Assembly (NCBI GenBank): GCA_028277625.1
Contig: JANQFW010000135.1
Span: 9,424 to 73,423 of the forward strand
Reading direction: 5' to 3'
Source of the DNA: Candidatus Gastranaerophilales bacterium
GTDB taxonomy: Bacteria > Cyanobacteriota > Vampirovibrionia > Gastranaerophilales > JANQFW01
Length of the DNA: 64,000 nt
How positions within the stretch are numbered: the first letter of the stretch is position 1; every line of letters starts with the position of its first letter. The translations under genes were made by a program, and so were the position numbers. This document shows positions 46,665 to 57,381 of the stretch, one piece after another. The notes under the pieces are model-generated. The model searched no databases. It saw only the letters and a list, made by a program, of their open reading frames with translations, and had not been told where the DNA came from.

Positions 46665-47974
46665 TAGTCATCTCTACGCTTAATTCTTTCATTATTTTCC
46701 GGTGTCAAAGAAATCGTGCTATCATGATCAGCTAAAAGCTTTTCTAGACCAATAGCTTTTATTTCTTCAGCCGGATTTGTTTTTAATTCTAAATCACATT
46801 CATTACAATTCAGGTCGCAGTTGATATTATTGTAGTTATCAGGTTCTTTATAAGTGGTAATAACTCCTTCATAGTTTCTTAGGATAATTTTGTTAGTTGA
46901 CCAAGATATTAAATAATTTGGCATAACAGGAATTTTTCCACCGCCTCCCGGTGCATCAACTACATAGGTAGGAATCGCAAAACCACTTGTGTGGCCTCTT
47001 AAGCTCTCCATTATCTCTATCCCTTTTCCTACAGGGGTTCTAAAATGAGTCAAACCTTCTGATAGGTCACATTGATATAGATAATATGGTCTTACTCTAT
47101 TTTTAACTAACATTTGCACTAATTTTTTCATTATCCTTGGGCAATCATTTACCTCTGATAAAAGAACAGATTGGTTGCCCAAAGGGAATCCTGCATCTGC
47201 TAGCTTCTCTAATGCCTCTTTAGAGGAACTTGTTATTTCTCTTGGGTGGTTAAAATGTGTATTTATCCAAATTGGATGATGCTTTTTAAGCACATTAACC
47301 AAATCATCTGTGATTCTATAAGGTAATACAACAGGTGTTCTTGTTCCTATCCTTATTACTTCAACGTGTTCAATATTTCTTAATTCTGTTAATATCCAAT
47401 CTAAATAATCATCCGGCAACATTAAAGGGTCACCACCGGATAGTAATACGTCTCTAACTTCTGAATGTTCTTTTATATAATCAAAACCTTTAGTTATTTT
47501 TTCTCTGCAAGGAATATTATCAACATCCCCTACTTTTCTTTTTCTTGTACAATGTCGGCAGTACATTGCACATACATTACTTACATGAAAAAGAACTCTA
47601 TCAGGATATCTGTGTGTTATTAAATCTATTGGGCTGTCTTTATCTTCAGCAAGCGGATCATTCATATCAAAGCGACAATTTTCCAGCTCTTTTGGATCTG
47701 GAAAAGCTTGCTTGTATACAGGATCGTTTTGATAATTATCGGTATCAATTAAAGAAAGATAATAAGGTGTTATAGAAAGAGGAAAATTATCCAAAGTCTT
47801 CTGTATTTTTAATCTTTCTTCAGGATCAAATTGTATTCCTGTCAATTTTTCAAAAGTTTCTATGTCTTTAACAGCGTTTTTTATTTGCCATTTCCAATTT
47901 TTCCAATTAGATATCTGCTCATCTATCTTTTGTACTATTTCTTTTTGTACATCTGTTAATATCATAATATGCAC
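46664..47974 (-). CDS. ablA: lysine 2,3-aminomutase (KamA-family radical SAM)
   Basis: 436 aa. [12 protein letters not shown] (CxxxCxxC), SGGDPL, and PYYLYQCD typical of KamA. Confidence 0.9.
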   Translation of the reverse strand: MHIMILTDVQKEIVQKIDEQISNWKNWKWQIKNAVKDIETFEKLTGIQFDPEERLKIQKTLDNFPLSITPYYLSLIDTDNYQNDPVYKQAFPDPKELENCRFDMNDPLAEDKDSPIDLITHRYPDRVLFHVSNVCAMYCRHCTRKRKVGDVDNIPCREKITKGFDYIKEHSEVRDVLLSGGDPLMLPDDYLDWILTELRNIEHVEVIRIGTRTPVVLPYRITDDLVNVLKKHHPIWINTHFNHPREITSSSKEALEKLADAGFPLGNQSVLLSEVNDCPRIMKKLVQMLVKNRVRPYYLYQCDLSEGLTHFRTPVGKGIEIMESLRGHTSGFAIPTYVVDAPGGGGKIPVMPNYLISWSTNKIILRNYEGVITTYKEPDNYNNINCDLNCNECDLELKTNPAEEIKAIGLEKLLADHDSTISLTPENNERIKRRDD

Positions 47975-48189
47975 CCAACCATTCTATTAGAATATAAGAC
48001 TAAAATACCTAAATCAAATCATTTCTATCTTACATACGAAGGCGTTAAAAAAACATCAAATATAAATTTAACCCTATTAATATTATTTACTCATTAGAAA
48101 TTAATTTCAAGTTTCTAAAAACAATTAAATTCTTTTTTATCTTACGTATATCACTATATTCTTTTTATAAAAGGTAATGTAAAAAATTA

Positions 48190-49917
48190 TTACACTAAAA
48201 TGTCTAAATCAACTCGCAGAAGCCCTCTAACCGAGTTGCCACAATAGATAGCATCAGCATTTTGCAAATCTGAATAAATAATTATTTTTTCTACTGCTTT
48301 TTCATTTTTTAATAAATCCTGACGCAAAACCCCGTTTAATAAGCCACTTTCTACAACAGGAGTATATAGTTTGCCATTTTTCTCAACAAACACATTGGTT
48401 CTTGCCCCCTCGCACAGTTCGCCTTTTTCATTAAAAAATAATACATCATAATATTTTTCATCGATAATCTCTTGCATAGCTCTTTTGTACCAGGGGCGAT
48501 AAGTGGTTTTATGATATAAAAAAGTATTCTGGCTATCTAAAACTATATCAGATATTTTTACTAAATTATTATTAGATTTTTTTAATGGCTTATATTCTAA
48601 ATCAAAGTTGCCGTCTTTAGATAAAACCAATCGCAACATTCCATCTTGCACAGGCTGAATATTAAAAATCTTTTCATTAAACTTAAATCCCCAAAACTCT
48701 GCTGAATTTTTTAACCTATTAAAGTGTTCTTTTTTATAAACTATTTGACGGTTTTGAACAAGCATAGTTTCAATCAGTTCAAAGTCAGGCTGAATATCTA
48801 AAAATTTTGCCTTTAGCTCACATTCTTTCCACTCATTTTCTATATCAGAATCCCAAACTACGCCGCTGCCAACGCGATATTGCCAGTTTTCATTTTGTTT
48901 TTGAAGAATTCTTATAGGAACGCTAAACACACTTTTTTGTGGTGAAATATACCCAATTGCGCCGCAATATATATCTCTGGATCCCTTTTCTACTTCGTCA
49001 ATAATTTGCATTGTTTTAATTTTAGGCGCACCTGTCACAGATCCGCAGGGAAATAAAGCATCTAAAACATTTTCAAAACTTATATTATCTTCTAATTCAC
49101 CTTCTACAGTAGAAGTCATTTGATATAGTGTAGGATAGTCTTCTATATCAAATAGAGATTTAACTTTTATACTTCCTCTTTTGCAAATTCTGCCTATATC
49201 ATTTCTTAATAAGTCAACAATCATAACATTTTCAGCTCTGTTCTTTTCATCATTAGCCAAAAATTCTTTATTTATTTTATTTTCTTGTTCTGAACAGCCT
49301 TTTTTAATAGTGCCTTTCATTGGCTTTGTAGTTATTTTATTTCCTTCAATTTCAAAAAATAACTCAGGCGAAAAAGATAAAACAGTATCATCATAATTTT
49401 TTATAAATGCGCAATAATCTGTTTTTTGTGCTTGTCTTAGTGCTAAATATAAGTTTTGTTCAGAGCTACTTGTATTTAAAAGCTTATCAAATGTATAATT
49501 AACCTGATATGTGTTGCCCTTTTCTATATTAAGTTTAATTTGGCTTAGAGCGTCTTTATAATTTTGAAAACAAATAGAGTTATTTACTTGTATAAATGGA
49601 TTATAAACATCTACATAGTCTATTTCTTCAATCAATTCATACTCACCAAATACTCCAAACCATAAAAGAGGCTTAGTGCATTCAATATCTTTATCTGAAA
49701 AATATTCTCTCGCCTCATAACGGATATAGCCGGCAAGATATTTATTTTGTTTTAAATTATCTATTTCTTTTAAAGCTTCAAAAAATTCTTTTTTATTATA
49801 AGCGGTTATTACTTCAGTAGGGCTGTAAAAAAGCATGCCCTTATTATCAATAGCAGAGTCTAAAAAAACGCAAATATCATACTTTGCCAATTTATTTTTA
49901 TCTATAATTCTACTCAT
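48190..49917 (-). CDS. pabB: aminodeoxychorismate synthase component I fused to aminodeoxychorismate lyase
   Basis: 575 aa. Chorismate-binding core (PCGSVTGAPKIKTMQII, YCGAIGY, GSGVVWDS), followed by a class IV aminotransferase-like tail of about 190 aa (PabC). Confidence 0.85.
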   Translation of the reverse strand: MSRIIDKNKLAKYDICVFLDSAIDNKGMLFYSPTEVITAYNKKEFFEALKEIDNLKQNKYLAGYIRYEAREYFSDKDIECTKPLLWFGVFGEYELIEEIDYVDVYNPFIQVNNSICFQNYKDALSQIKLNIEKGNTYQVNYTFDKLLNTSSSEQNLYLALRQAQKTDYCAFIKNYDDTVLSFSPELFFEIEGNKITTKPMKGTIKKGCSEQENKINKEFLANDEKNRAENVMIVDLLRNDIGRICKRGSIKVKSLFDIEDYPTLYQMTSTVEGELEDNISFENVLDALFPCGSVTGAPKIKTMQIIDEVEKGSRDIYCGAIGYISPQKSVFSVPIRILQKQNENWQYRVGSGVVWDSDIENEWKECELKAKFLDIQPDFELIETMLVQNRQIVYKKEHFNRLKNSAEFWGFKFNEKIFNIQPVQDGMLRLVLSKDGNFDLEYKPLKKSNNNLVKISDIVLDSQNTFLYHKTTYRPWYKRAMQEIIDEKYYDVLFFNEKGELCEGARTNVFVEKNGKLYTPVVESGLLNGVLRQDLLKNEKAVEKIIIYSDLQNADAIYCGNSVRGLLRVDLDILV

Positions 49918-50031
49918 AAGCTTATACTAACTCAAAAATACTTTTAAGATTATTCAATCGTATTAAATCTAATAAAATAGTCTAGACTCTGAAAAGAGTA
50001 GTTTAAAATTCAATTTTGAACCAGAAAAAAG

Positions 50032-50979
50032 TTAATATATTTCAACAATTTGAACATCGTCATTTTTTAGCTTTATATATTCCTCAGGCAAAGAATGAGT
50101 AATGGAATCCTGTATAGCATCAATTATACACTTTTTATAAATTTTTCTACTGTAAACAAGCGATATTTCTCTGGATGGTACAGGATTTTCAAATTTTCTT
50201 ACAAAGCCGACTTGATTGTTTGATAGTTGGGATACTGCCATTTTGGGCAATATAGTATAACCTGAATGTTTTAACACCATATTTTTAAGGGTTTCAAAGC
50301 TTCCACTTTCAAATTTCAAATTTTCATTCAGTGCTTGTTGCTCAATTTTTTCAGAGCAAATATTTAAAACCTGATCTCTAAAGCAGTTGCCTTTATTTAG
50401 CAGCCAAATATCTTCCAAATCGAGTTCATCCTGATGAATAAACTCTTTACTGCTAAGTTTGTGATGCGCAGAAACAAATAAATAAAAAGGTTCGTAATAC
50501 AAAACCTTTTCTTCTATAGATTCCACGTGCAAAGGTGTAACAAGAAGAGCCGCATCAATTCTGTCTTCATTTAAATAATCAATGATATCTTCTGTTTTGT
50601 ACTCTTCTATAATTAAATTTACATCTTTATATTGCTCAGCAAAATTTTTGGCAAATATTGGTATTATATACGGCGCCAGTGTAGGAATTACAGCAAGTTT
50701 AAAATCTCCAACAATTTTATCTTTAGATTCCAGCACTATATTTTTTATTTTATTATAATCCCTAATAACAAATTTAGCTTGATTAATAATTTTTTCACCA
50801 ACTTCTGTTGGCAAAATAGGTTTTTTAGACCTATCAAATATAACAATACCAAGATCTTCTTCTAATTTTTGTATTTGCATGCTCAAAGTTGGCTGCGTTA
50901 CACAACATGCCTCGGCTGCTTTACCAAAATTCCTGTATTTATCCACTGCTAAAATATATTCAAGCTGACTGATTGTCAT
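50032..50979 (-). CDS. oxyR: LysR-family regulator, OxyR-like
   Basis: 315 aa. N-terminal HTH (LEYILAVDKYRNFGKAAEACCVTQPTLSMQIQKLE). The NKGNCFRDQVLNICSEK Cys pair is spaced as in E. coli OxyR C199/C208. Divergent from a rubrerythrin gene. Confidence 0.8.
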   Translation of the reverse strand: MTISQLEYILAVDKYRNFGKAAEACCVTQPTLSMQIQKLEEDLGIVIFDRSKKPILPTEVGEKIINQAKFVIRDYNKIKNIVLESKDKIVGDFKLAVIPTLAPYIIPIFAKNFAEQYKDVNLIIEEYKTEDIIDYLNEDRIDAALLVTPLHVESIEEKVLYYEPFYLFVSAHHKLSSKEFIHQDELDLEDIWLLNKGNCFRDQVLNICSEKIEQQALNENLKFESGSFETLKNMVLKHSGYTILPKMAVSQLSNNQVGFVRKFENPVPSREISLVYSRKIYKKCIIDAIQDSITHSLPEEYIKLKNDDVQIVEIY

Positions 50980-51192
50980 TAGTATTATACTCCTACCTAT
51001 TATAAATATTTTCTATCAAATCATAAAAAATATCAATTTCCTTTTTGAAAACCTATCTGATATTATTACAACAAAGAGATGAGAAGAGAAACAGAGACAA
51101 CTAATAAACTTAAGCATTGTTATATAATAAAAATTAAATCGGAAAATTTTAAAATGAGTCAAGGGATTTAGAAGAACGAAAGGGAGAAATCA

Positions 51193-51759
51193 ATGTCAAG
51201 CATGACTACAACAAAAAAATTCGTATGTGAAATATGTGGATATATACATGAAGGCGAAGCTCCTCCAGCAAAGTGTCCTCAGTGTTCTGCGCCTGCAAGC
51301 AAATTTAAAGAGCAAGTTGCAACAGACGGTATGGCTTGGGCCGATGAGCATAGACTTGGTGTTGCTAAAGATGTAGATCCTGAAATACTTGAAGGATTAA
51401 GGGCAAACTTTACAGGGGAATGTACAGAAGTGGGCATGTACCTTGCTATGAGCCGTCAAGCTGACAGAGAAGGCTATCCTGAAATTGCTGAAGCTTACAA
51501 AAGAATCGCGTTTGAAGAAGCAGATCACGCTGCTAGATTTGCAGAACTATTAGGTGAAGTTGTACATGCTGACACAAAAAAGAACCTAGAAGCTAGAGTA
51601 GCTGCTGAGTACGGTGCTTGCGAAGGTAAAAAGGCTATTGCAACAAAAGCAAAAAAATTAAATTTAGATGCTATCCATGACACTGTTCATGAGATGTGTA
51701 AAGACGAAGCAAGACACGGAAAAGCATTCAAAGGATTATTAGATAGATACTTTAACTAA
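51193..51759 (+). CDS. rbr: reverse rubrerythrin (N-terminal rubredoxin-like, C-terminal diiron four-helix bundle)
   Basis: 188 aa. CEICGY...CPQCSAP at the N-terminus. ExxH diiron motifs EEADHA and DEARHG downstream. Confidence 0.88.
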   Translation: MSSMTTTKKFVCEICGYIHEGEAPPAKCPQCSAPASKFKEQVATDGMAWADEHRLGVAKDVDPEILEGLRANFTGECTEVGMYLAMSRQADREGYPEIAEAYKRIAFEEADHAARFAELLGEVVHADTKKNLEARVAAEYGACEGKKAIATKAKKLNLDAIHDTVHEMCKDEARHGKAFKGLLDRYFN

Positions 51760-51788
51760 TCTAACCTAACCCGCAAACTGCAAAATTC

Positions 51789-51828
51789 AAGGCTATCTTA
51801 AAATAGAGGTAGCCTTTTTAATTTTTTT
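51789..51828 (+). terminator. intrinsic terminator after rbr
   Basis: AAGGCTATCT-TAAAATAG-AGGTAGCCTT (10 bp including one G-U) followed by TTTAATTTTTTT. Confidence 0.7.
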
Positions 51829-51923
51829 AAATTAAGCAATGTCATAAAAAATAATTATATTTATTCAGTTATAATTATTTTTTAGTTACAATGAATTAAA
51901 AAATTAAGTGAAAAGGTTTAGCA

Positions 51924-53129
51924 ATGAAAAATATGGAAAAAAAATCTTCTTATTATATAAATTTAGAAAATGACCTGGGGGCAAAAAACTATAGCCCACT
52001 AGATATTGTAGTAAATAAAGCTGAAGGTGTTTGGGTTCATGATGTTGACGGAAATAAATATCTTGACTGCCTTAGTGCGTATTCAGCTGTTAACCAGGGA
52101 CATTGCAATCCAAAAATTTTAAAAGTTTTTAAAGAGCAAGCAGAAAAAGTTACTTTAACATCAAGAGCCTTTAGAAATGAGCAGTTGCCATTATTTTATA
52201 AAGATTTAACAGAGCTAACAGGCTTTGAAATGATATTGCCAATGAACACAGGTGCTGAGGCGGTAGAATCTGCAATAAAAGCAGCACGAAAATGGGGTTA
52301 CCAAAATAAAAACATCCCCGATAATCAGGCAGAAATAATTGTTTGCACAAATAACTTCCACGGACGAACCACAACGATCATTAGTTTTTCCAGTGAAGAA
52401 CAATATAAAGAAGGCTTTGGTCCTTTCACCCCAGGTTTCAAAATTATTCCTTATGCTGATATAGAAGCATTAAAAAGTGCAATTACACCTAATACCTGTG
52501 CATTTTTATTAGAACCAATTCAAGGCGAAGGCGGTGTCTTGATTCCACCAGATGGTTACTTAAAGCAGGTAGAGAAAATTTGTAAAAAAGAAAATATTCT
52601 TTTAATGCTAGATGAAATACAAACAGGCTTGGGACGAACAGGCAAGCTTTTTGCTTATGAACATGAGGGCATTGATCCTGATGTTGTTATGATAGGTAAG
52701 GCTTTATCAGGTGGATTTTATCCAGTGTCAGCTGTTTTATCTAAAAAACATGTATTATCAGTATTTAAACCTGGAGAACATGGCAGTACCTTTGGAGGAA
52801 ATCCTTTGGGCTGTGCTGTTGCACGAGAAGCTTTAAAAGTATTAACAGAGGACAAACTTATAGAAAACTCTGCTGAGCTTGGTGACTATATCTTAAACAG
52901 GCTAAAGTCAGAATTAAAAAATGGTATTATTAAAGAAATTAGAGGAAGAGGCCTCTTTGTAGGGATAGAACTTACAAAAAAAGCCAGACCGTATTGTGAG
53001 GCTTTAAAACAAGAAGGTATCCTTTGCAAAGAAACCCACGATACTATTATTAGAGTAAGTCCTCCATTAGTGATTACTAGAGAAGAACTTGATATTGCAA
53101 TAGATTGTATTTTAAAAGTTTTAGGATAA
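51924..53129 (+). CDS. rocD: ornithine--oxo-acid aminotransferase
   Basis: 401 aa. Class III aminotransferase motifs [33 protein letters not shown]. Overall RocD-like. Confidence 0.85.
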   Translation: MKNMEKKSSYYINLENDLGAKNYSPLDIVVNKAEGVWVHDVDGNKYLDCLSAYSAVNQGHCNPKILKVFKEQAEKVTLTSRAFRNEQLPLFYKDLTELTGFEMILPMNTGAEAVESAIKAARKWGYQNKNIPDNQAEIIVCTNNFHGRTTTIISFSSEEQYKEGFGPFTPGFKIIPYADIEALKSAITPNTCAFLLEPIQGEGGVLIPPDGYLKQVEKICKKENILLMLDEIQTGLGRTGKLFAYEHEGIDPDVVMIGKALSGGFYPVSAVLSKKHVLSVFKPGEHGSTFGGNPLGCAVAREALKVLTEDKLIENSAELGDYILNRLKSELKNGIIKEIRGRGLFVGIELTKKARPYCEALKQEGILCKETHDTIIRVSPPLVITREELDIAIDCILKVLG

Positions 53130-53152
53130 AAACTTTCTAAGGCATAGTTGCC

Positions 53153-53482
53153 TTAAAGTTCCTTATAAACCTCTTGTAGGGGATTATATTCTTTTATAAA
53201 TTCTTTTTTCTTTCCTCCATATAACCTAAATACTTTATCCGTCACCCAGGCTGAAATGGCTAGGGCAACTGTAGCAATACCACTTTTTTTACCCAACCCT
53301 TGAGGCTTATTAAATAGTTTCATAAAACCTTTGTACAGCCCAAACGTAGCAGCTCCTGTTACTGTTGCTTGGGCGGCTGGACGTATATAGGGACAGGTTG
53401 AGTGTTCTGATTTGTCATTGCTATATAAATTATATCCTTTAAAAGATGTGTTAGTGTTAATATTATTGATTCCATAAGCCAT
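53153..53482 (-). CDS. small two-TM membrane protein, possible third paralogue of 14317/14891
   Basis: 109 aa. N-terminal SFKG motif, two Gly/Ala-rich TM helices separated by GKK, then a lysine-rich segment. Same layout as the pair at 14.3-15.5 kb. Confidence 0.5.
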   Translation of the reverse strand: MAYGINNINTNTSFKGYNLYSNDKSEHSTCPYIRPAAQATVTGAATFGLYKGFMKLFNKPQGLGKKSGIATVALAISAWVTDKVFRLYGGKKKEFIKEYNPLQEVYKEL

Positions 53483-53513
53483 TACCTTCCTCCATAAGAT
53501 TATAAAAAAATTT

Positions 53514-53711
53514 TTATACTTGTTTATTTAAAGCATGATCTTTGTATGATTCATCTGAACAAGATATCTGCCCTTTATCATAAGCATCAAGCACTCTTAA
53601 AAGACTTTCGGCATTTGAATAAGAAATGCCTGTATTTGTGTCTATGATACTTCGTAAATTCTTAATATATTGCTCTGGAGTAATCCTAGAATCAACTCCC
53701 CAATTTCTCAT
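53514..53711 (-). CDS. hypothetical small protein
   Basis: 65 aa ORF immediately upstream of 53153..53482 on the same strand. No motif recognised. Confidence 0.4.
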   Translation of the reverse strand: MRNWGVDSRITPEQYIKNLRSIIDTNTGISYSNAESLLRVLDAYDKGQISCSDESYKDHALNKQV

Positions 53712-53895
53712 TTATTTATCCCTTATAATATTATTCCCAATATTATAAAAACAATATTTTTTGTTTTTTTGCCCCCAAAAAAGTTTTTAGTTGCTTGAAA
53801 AGTAAAAAAAATTTATAATTATAAAAAATTAGTTTAAAGATTTCAAATTATTAGTTATAATAGAATATGCATAGTTTGTTATAGGAGGTTCTTGT

Positions 53896-54330
53896 ATGCG
53901 GCTAACAATTAACGGTCGTAATATTGATGTTACCCCATCATTAAAAGAATATGTAGAGGAAAAGATCGGTAGAATTACAAAACACAATGACCAAATTACC
54001 AAGGCAGTTGTTACACTTAGCGTTAATAAAAACCCAAGTGTTTCTAACAGTCAAATCACTGAAGTAACTTGTTCCTTGAATGGAGCTCAAATTCACGTAA
54101 AAGAAGAAGCTGAAACCATGTATGCTAGCATTGACCTTGTTGCTGACAAACTTGACAGACAGGTTAAAAAGCACAAAGATAAAATGCTAAGAGGAAAATC
54201 CGGTAATGGATCGATTAGAACTTCTAATCAACTATTACCAGAAGAAGCTCCTGAGGAAGTTGAAGAAACTATTGTTGACAAAGAAGATCTTGTTGAAATT
54301 AATATTCAAGTAGAAGGCTCTGAACAATAA
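53896..54330 (+). CDS. hpf: ribosome hibernation promoting factor (HPF/RaiA family)
   Basis: 144 aa. MRLTINGRNIDVTPSLKEYVEEKIGRITKH is the canonical S30AE N-terminus. GGAGG lies upstream. Confidence 0.9.
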   Translation: MRLTINGRNIDVTPSLKEYVEEKIGRITKHNDQITKAVVTLSVNKNPSVSNSQITEVTCSLNGAQIHVKEEAETMYASIDLVADKLDRQVKKHKDKMLRGKSGNGSIRTSNQLLPEEAPEEVEETIVDKEDLVEINIQVEGSEQ

Positions 54331-54337
54331 AGTTTGA

Positions 54338-54366
54338 AATACGGGGGATTTTCTCCCGTATTTTTT
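54338..54366 (+). terminator. intrinsic terminator after hpf
   Basis: ATACGGG-GGATTTTCT-CCCGTAT followed by TTTTTT. Confidence 0.8.
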
Positions 54367-54524
54367 AATTAGCACTCCCTCAAAAGGTACACTAGATTCA
54401 TTTTAAAATCAATTAAAGGACCTAATGAAAAATATATTCAAACCTTTAAACTTATGTTACAATAATTTAAAGTAAAAAATAATTGTATATTGTTTGTATT
54501 ATTAAGGTATGAAGGGATTATAAA

Positions 54525-54779
54525 TTGTTACCACTTGTGTCTGAAGAGGTAAGAGATAAAGTTTTTAGAGAAGCTATTCAGGATGTTAATGCCTGGAGAA
54601 AAACTATGATCCACCACATGAAAGAAGAAAATCCTGAAATAAATGCTGCTATTATTGAAATCGCTACAAAAGCTTCAGTAGATGCGAAGGGTGTAGCATT
54701 AGGAGCATATCTTGCATATAAAATGCTGGAAATCGCAGAAAAAGAAGGTGGCGTAGGCATAGAAGGCTTATTAGAATAA
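54525..54779 (+). CDS. hypothetical protein
   Basis: 84 aa, TTG start. Followed by a perfect 14-bp inverted repeat at 54832-54867. No family recognised. Confidence 0.45.
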   Translation: MLPLVSEEVRDKVFREAIQDVNAWRKTMIHHMKEENPEINAAIIEIATKASVDAKGVALGAYLAYKMLEIAEKEGGVGIEGLLE

Positions 54780-54971
54780 CCTCTGAAAAAATTAATCTAC
54801 TTTATTAAAGAATTTGAATTTAAGTTTTAATTTACCCAAATGTATTTTAAGGTACATTTGGGTAAATACGTAGAGCATCTCTTTTTCTAGTTTTCTGATA
54901 AAATTTTGACTTTTTAAAGACCATAAGTAAGATATTAATGTAAGGAATAAAAATCTGTTCAGGAGATTGCT

Positions 54972-55373
54972 TTGTTTATAGAGTTTTTAAAAAGTTTTCT
55001 TTTTAAAGACAGTTGCTCTCACCAGAATTTTGATCATACCGGGGCAAATCCATTCTGCCCTGACTGCGGAAAAGAAGTTCAAGTAACCTTTAAAATAGTT
55101 AGATGCAGCTGTTGTAGTACAAAAAAAAGTGCAAAGTTAATATTCAAAAGAATTATTCCCGATGAGAAATATTGCTCAAAGTGCGGTTCAAAAAATTATT
55201 TTGTTGAAAAAAAAGAAAGGATTGAATTTTTTGACCTGAAATATGCAATTATATTGAAAGAAATTGTTGAAGATTCTAGCTTTGAACACCTAAGGACTCA
55301 AATATGGATAGAAAACGAAAACAATTGGTCAAATATAATCAAGCCTAAACTGATTCCTTCCTTTCCTAAATAA
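54972..55373 (+). CDS. hypothetical zinc-ribbon protein
   Basis: 133 aa with CPDCG, CSCC and CSKCG motifs. A terminator follows. Confidence 0.5.
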   Translation: MFIEFLKSFLFKDSCSHQNFDHTGANPFCPDCGKEVQVTFKIVRCSCCSTKKSAKLIFKRIIPDEKYCSKCGSKNYFVEKKERIEFFDLKYAIILKEIVEDSSFEHLRTQIWIENENNWSNIIKPKLIPSFPK

Positions 55374-55377
55374 TGCT

Positions 55378-55400
55378 GGGGTGCGCAAGCACCCTTTTTG
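55378..55400 (+). terminator. intrinsic terminator
   Basis: GGGTGC-GCAA-GCACCC followed by TTTTTG. Confidence 0.75.
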
Positions 55401-55408
55401 TTTATTAT

Positions 55409-56392
55409 TTATACATGCATAAACGACTGATACAAACAATCTAAGGCAGCTTGCGGTGATACATAACTTTTTAAATTTTGTTTTGTTTTTTCAATTTCGC
55501 TTATTGAATTTATTATTCTTTTTGAAATAAGCGTGTTTTGAGTATTGGCTTTTAAAACTTGTAATAAATAATGTTGAATATTATCAAGAATTTCTGACAA
55601 GCTTAAAGACTCTTCTTTTGCAATTTTAATAGTTTCCTCTGCCAGATATAAAGCTTGTGCTGTTGAGCTTGGTGGAAAATTTTGCAATAAAGCATTTATG
55701 CGCTGCGGGATATGCATATTAGGCTTATAACTTGCAAACTGAATAGTTTGACATCGAGAAACAATCGTATCAATCATATCGTCCTTGTTATTGCTTAAAA
55801 AGAAAAAAGTTATATTACTATTAGGCTCTTCTATAGTTTTTAAAAGACTATTTGCAGATTCTACATTGAGTATTTTGCGAGATAAAGGTGCTGGTATCCA
55901 GTCGCATCGTTCCTCTTCATCATCAATACCGGATGGTGAAGATATTTTATCATTATAACCTTGCCACATTAGCTGGGCATTGTGATGGTATTCCTTACCT
56001 TGCCGTGCATTGGTAAAAATAATTACCCTATGATAAGACGACGTTGACATAAGTATTTTCTTTAAATACTGTGCCTGATCTATTTTAATAACGGTTGCCG
56101 GCTGTGCTTTTACGCCCTCTCTCGTAAAAAGGAAATCTATAGGTGATACTGTAATCACAGCAGGGTGCTTATTTTGTTTTATCCAGCTACAGTTTATACA
56201 ATTACAATCCTTATTTAGTACTAAATCCTTGCAATTTAAAACTCTTGCTATTTGTAGAGCCAAGTAATATTGCTCTAGCGGAGAATTGCCAGTTAAAAGA
56301 TAAGCATGCGCAAGGTGCTTTTTATTTTGAAATAGAGTTTCAAAGTAATTAGTTACAAATTGTTGTTTTTGTTTAAATTCATCACAAAACAT
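55409..56392 (-). CDS. holB: DNA polymerase III subunit delta prime
   Basis: 327 aa. HAYLLTGNS with a degenerate P-loop, Zn module CKDLVLNKDCNCINCSWI, and SRCQ sensor motif (IVSRCQTIQF). Confidence 0.82.
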   Translation of the reverse strand: MFCDEFKQKQQFVTNYFETLFQNKKHLAHAYLLTGNSPLEQYYLALQIARVLNCKDLVLNKDCNCINCSWIKQNKHPAVITVSPIDFLFTREGVKAQPATVIKIDQAQYLKKILMSTSSYHRVIIFTNARQGKEYHHNAQLMWQGYNDKISSPSGIDDEEERCDWIPAPLSRKILNVESANSLLKTIEEPNSNITFFFLSNNKDDMIDTIVSRCQTIQFASYKPNMHIPQRINALLQNFPPSSTAQALYLAEETIKIAKEESLSLSEILDNIQHYLLQVLKANTQNTLISKRIINSISEIEKTKQNLKSYVSPQAALDCLYQSFMHV

Positions 56393-56406
56393 TATTATGT
56401 TCTACC

Positions 56407-57381
56407 TTATGCACTTATTGCCATCTCTAAAGCCATTAGAGAATTAACTTGACCTGTTTTAATCTGTGATTCTGCTTGTGTTAAAGCTTGTTGCATTTTA
56501 ATTAAACTACTTAATTTTATATTTTTAAGTTTTTGCAAATCTTTTTCTACCAAAAATTTATTCATACCAAGTGATTGAGATATTTCGTAGGCATTTTTAT
56601 TTCTTGATTCTGACTTAATTTTTATCCACTTTCTTATGAATGTTTGCAATGTTGCCATAATTTTAAGCTCATGATCAGTTTCCAGCAACTTATGCAATTC
56701 GTTCAACGCCTCGAATTTATTTGCCTGTAACCAATACTCCGCAAGTAAAAAAATATTTTTATGGCTTGAACATAACTCTAGTACATCTTGCTTTTTGATA
56801 AGTTTTTCAGGGTAAACATATAATGCTATTTTATCAATTTCAGAGCTTAGTTTTCTCAAGTCGCTGCCAGTATTGCGCAAAAGCTCTAAAGCTGCATCTG
56901 TAGAAATCTTTACATCTTTTTCTTGGGCTTTTTTTTGTATCCATGCTGCTATTTCTTTTTCCTGATAAAACTTAAAAGGATTAAATGCTTCTATTTTTCC
57001 TATTTTATCAATTGTTTTGGTTAATTTAATTGTAGAATCTATTTTTTTACCTGAATCTCTAGGTATGTGGCATACAAATAAAACGTGAACTTTGTCATTT
57101 ATATTTTCTAAAATTTCTATAAGTTTTTTAAGTAAAGGGTCAGAGCTGGAAAACTTTCTATTACCCCTTAAAAAGAATGTGCTTGCTTCTATTTCAATTA
57201 ACATATGTCCAAAACTCATCGGTAAAGTCTGAAGAGTTTCAGTTAATTGCTGCAAGTCAGGCTCTTTTAACTTTTTATGATTAAGCATGCTCCAAGCAGG
57301 ATCTAAAATTTTATCTTTAAGGGCTTTTATTCTATTATTTAAGTTAAATTCTTCTTCGCCCCAAAATAAATATATAGGCAT
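56407..57381 (-). CDS. holA: DNA polymerase III subunit delta
   Basis: 324 aa. The N-terminus MPIYLFWGEEEFNL and overall layout are typical of HolA. Adjacent to holB. Confidence 0.8.
   Translation of the reverse strand: MPIYLFWGEEEFNLNNRIKALKDKILDPAWSMLNHKKLKEPDLQQLTETLQTLPMSFGHMLIEIEASTFFLRGNRKFSSSDPLLKKLIEILENINDKVHVLFVCHIPRDSGKKIDSTIKLTKTIDKIGKIEAFNPFKFYQEKEIAAWIQKKAQEKDVKISTDAALELLRNTGSDLRKLSSEIDKIALYVYPEKLIKKQDVLELCSSHKNIFLLAEYWLQANKFEALNELHKLLETDHELKIMATLQTFIRKWIKIKSESRNKNAYEISQSLGMNKFLVEKDLQKLKNIKLSSLIKMQQALTQAESQIKTGQVNSLMALEMAISA

Noticed and set aside
47975-48189. Possible lysine riboswitch upstream of ablA. I also checked 31266-31442, upstream of the aminotransferase.
   Set aside because: Neither region shows the GC-containing conserved L-box cores. 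At 31266-31442 there are only a short GGTGAT-AGTC-ATCACC hairpin, probably the terminator of the preceding gene, and a 7-bp stem.
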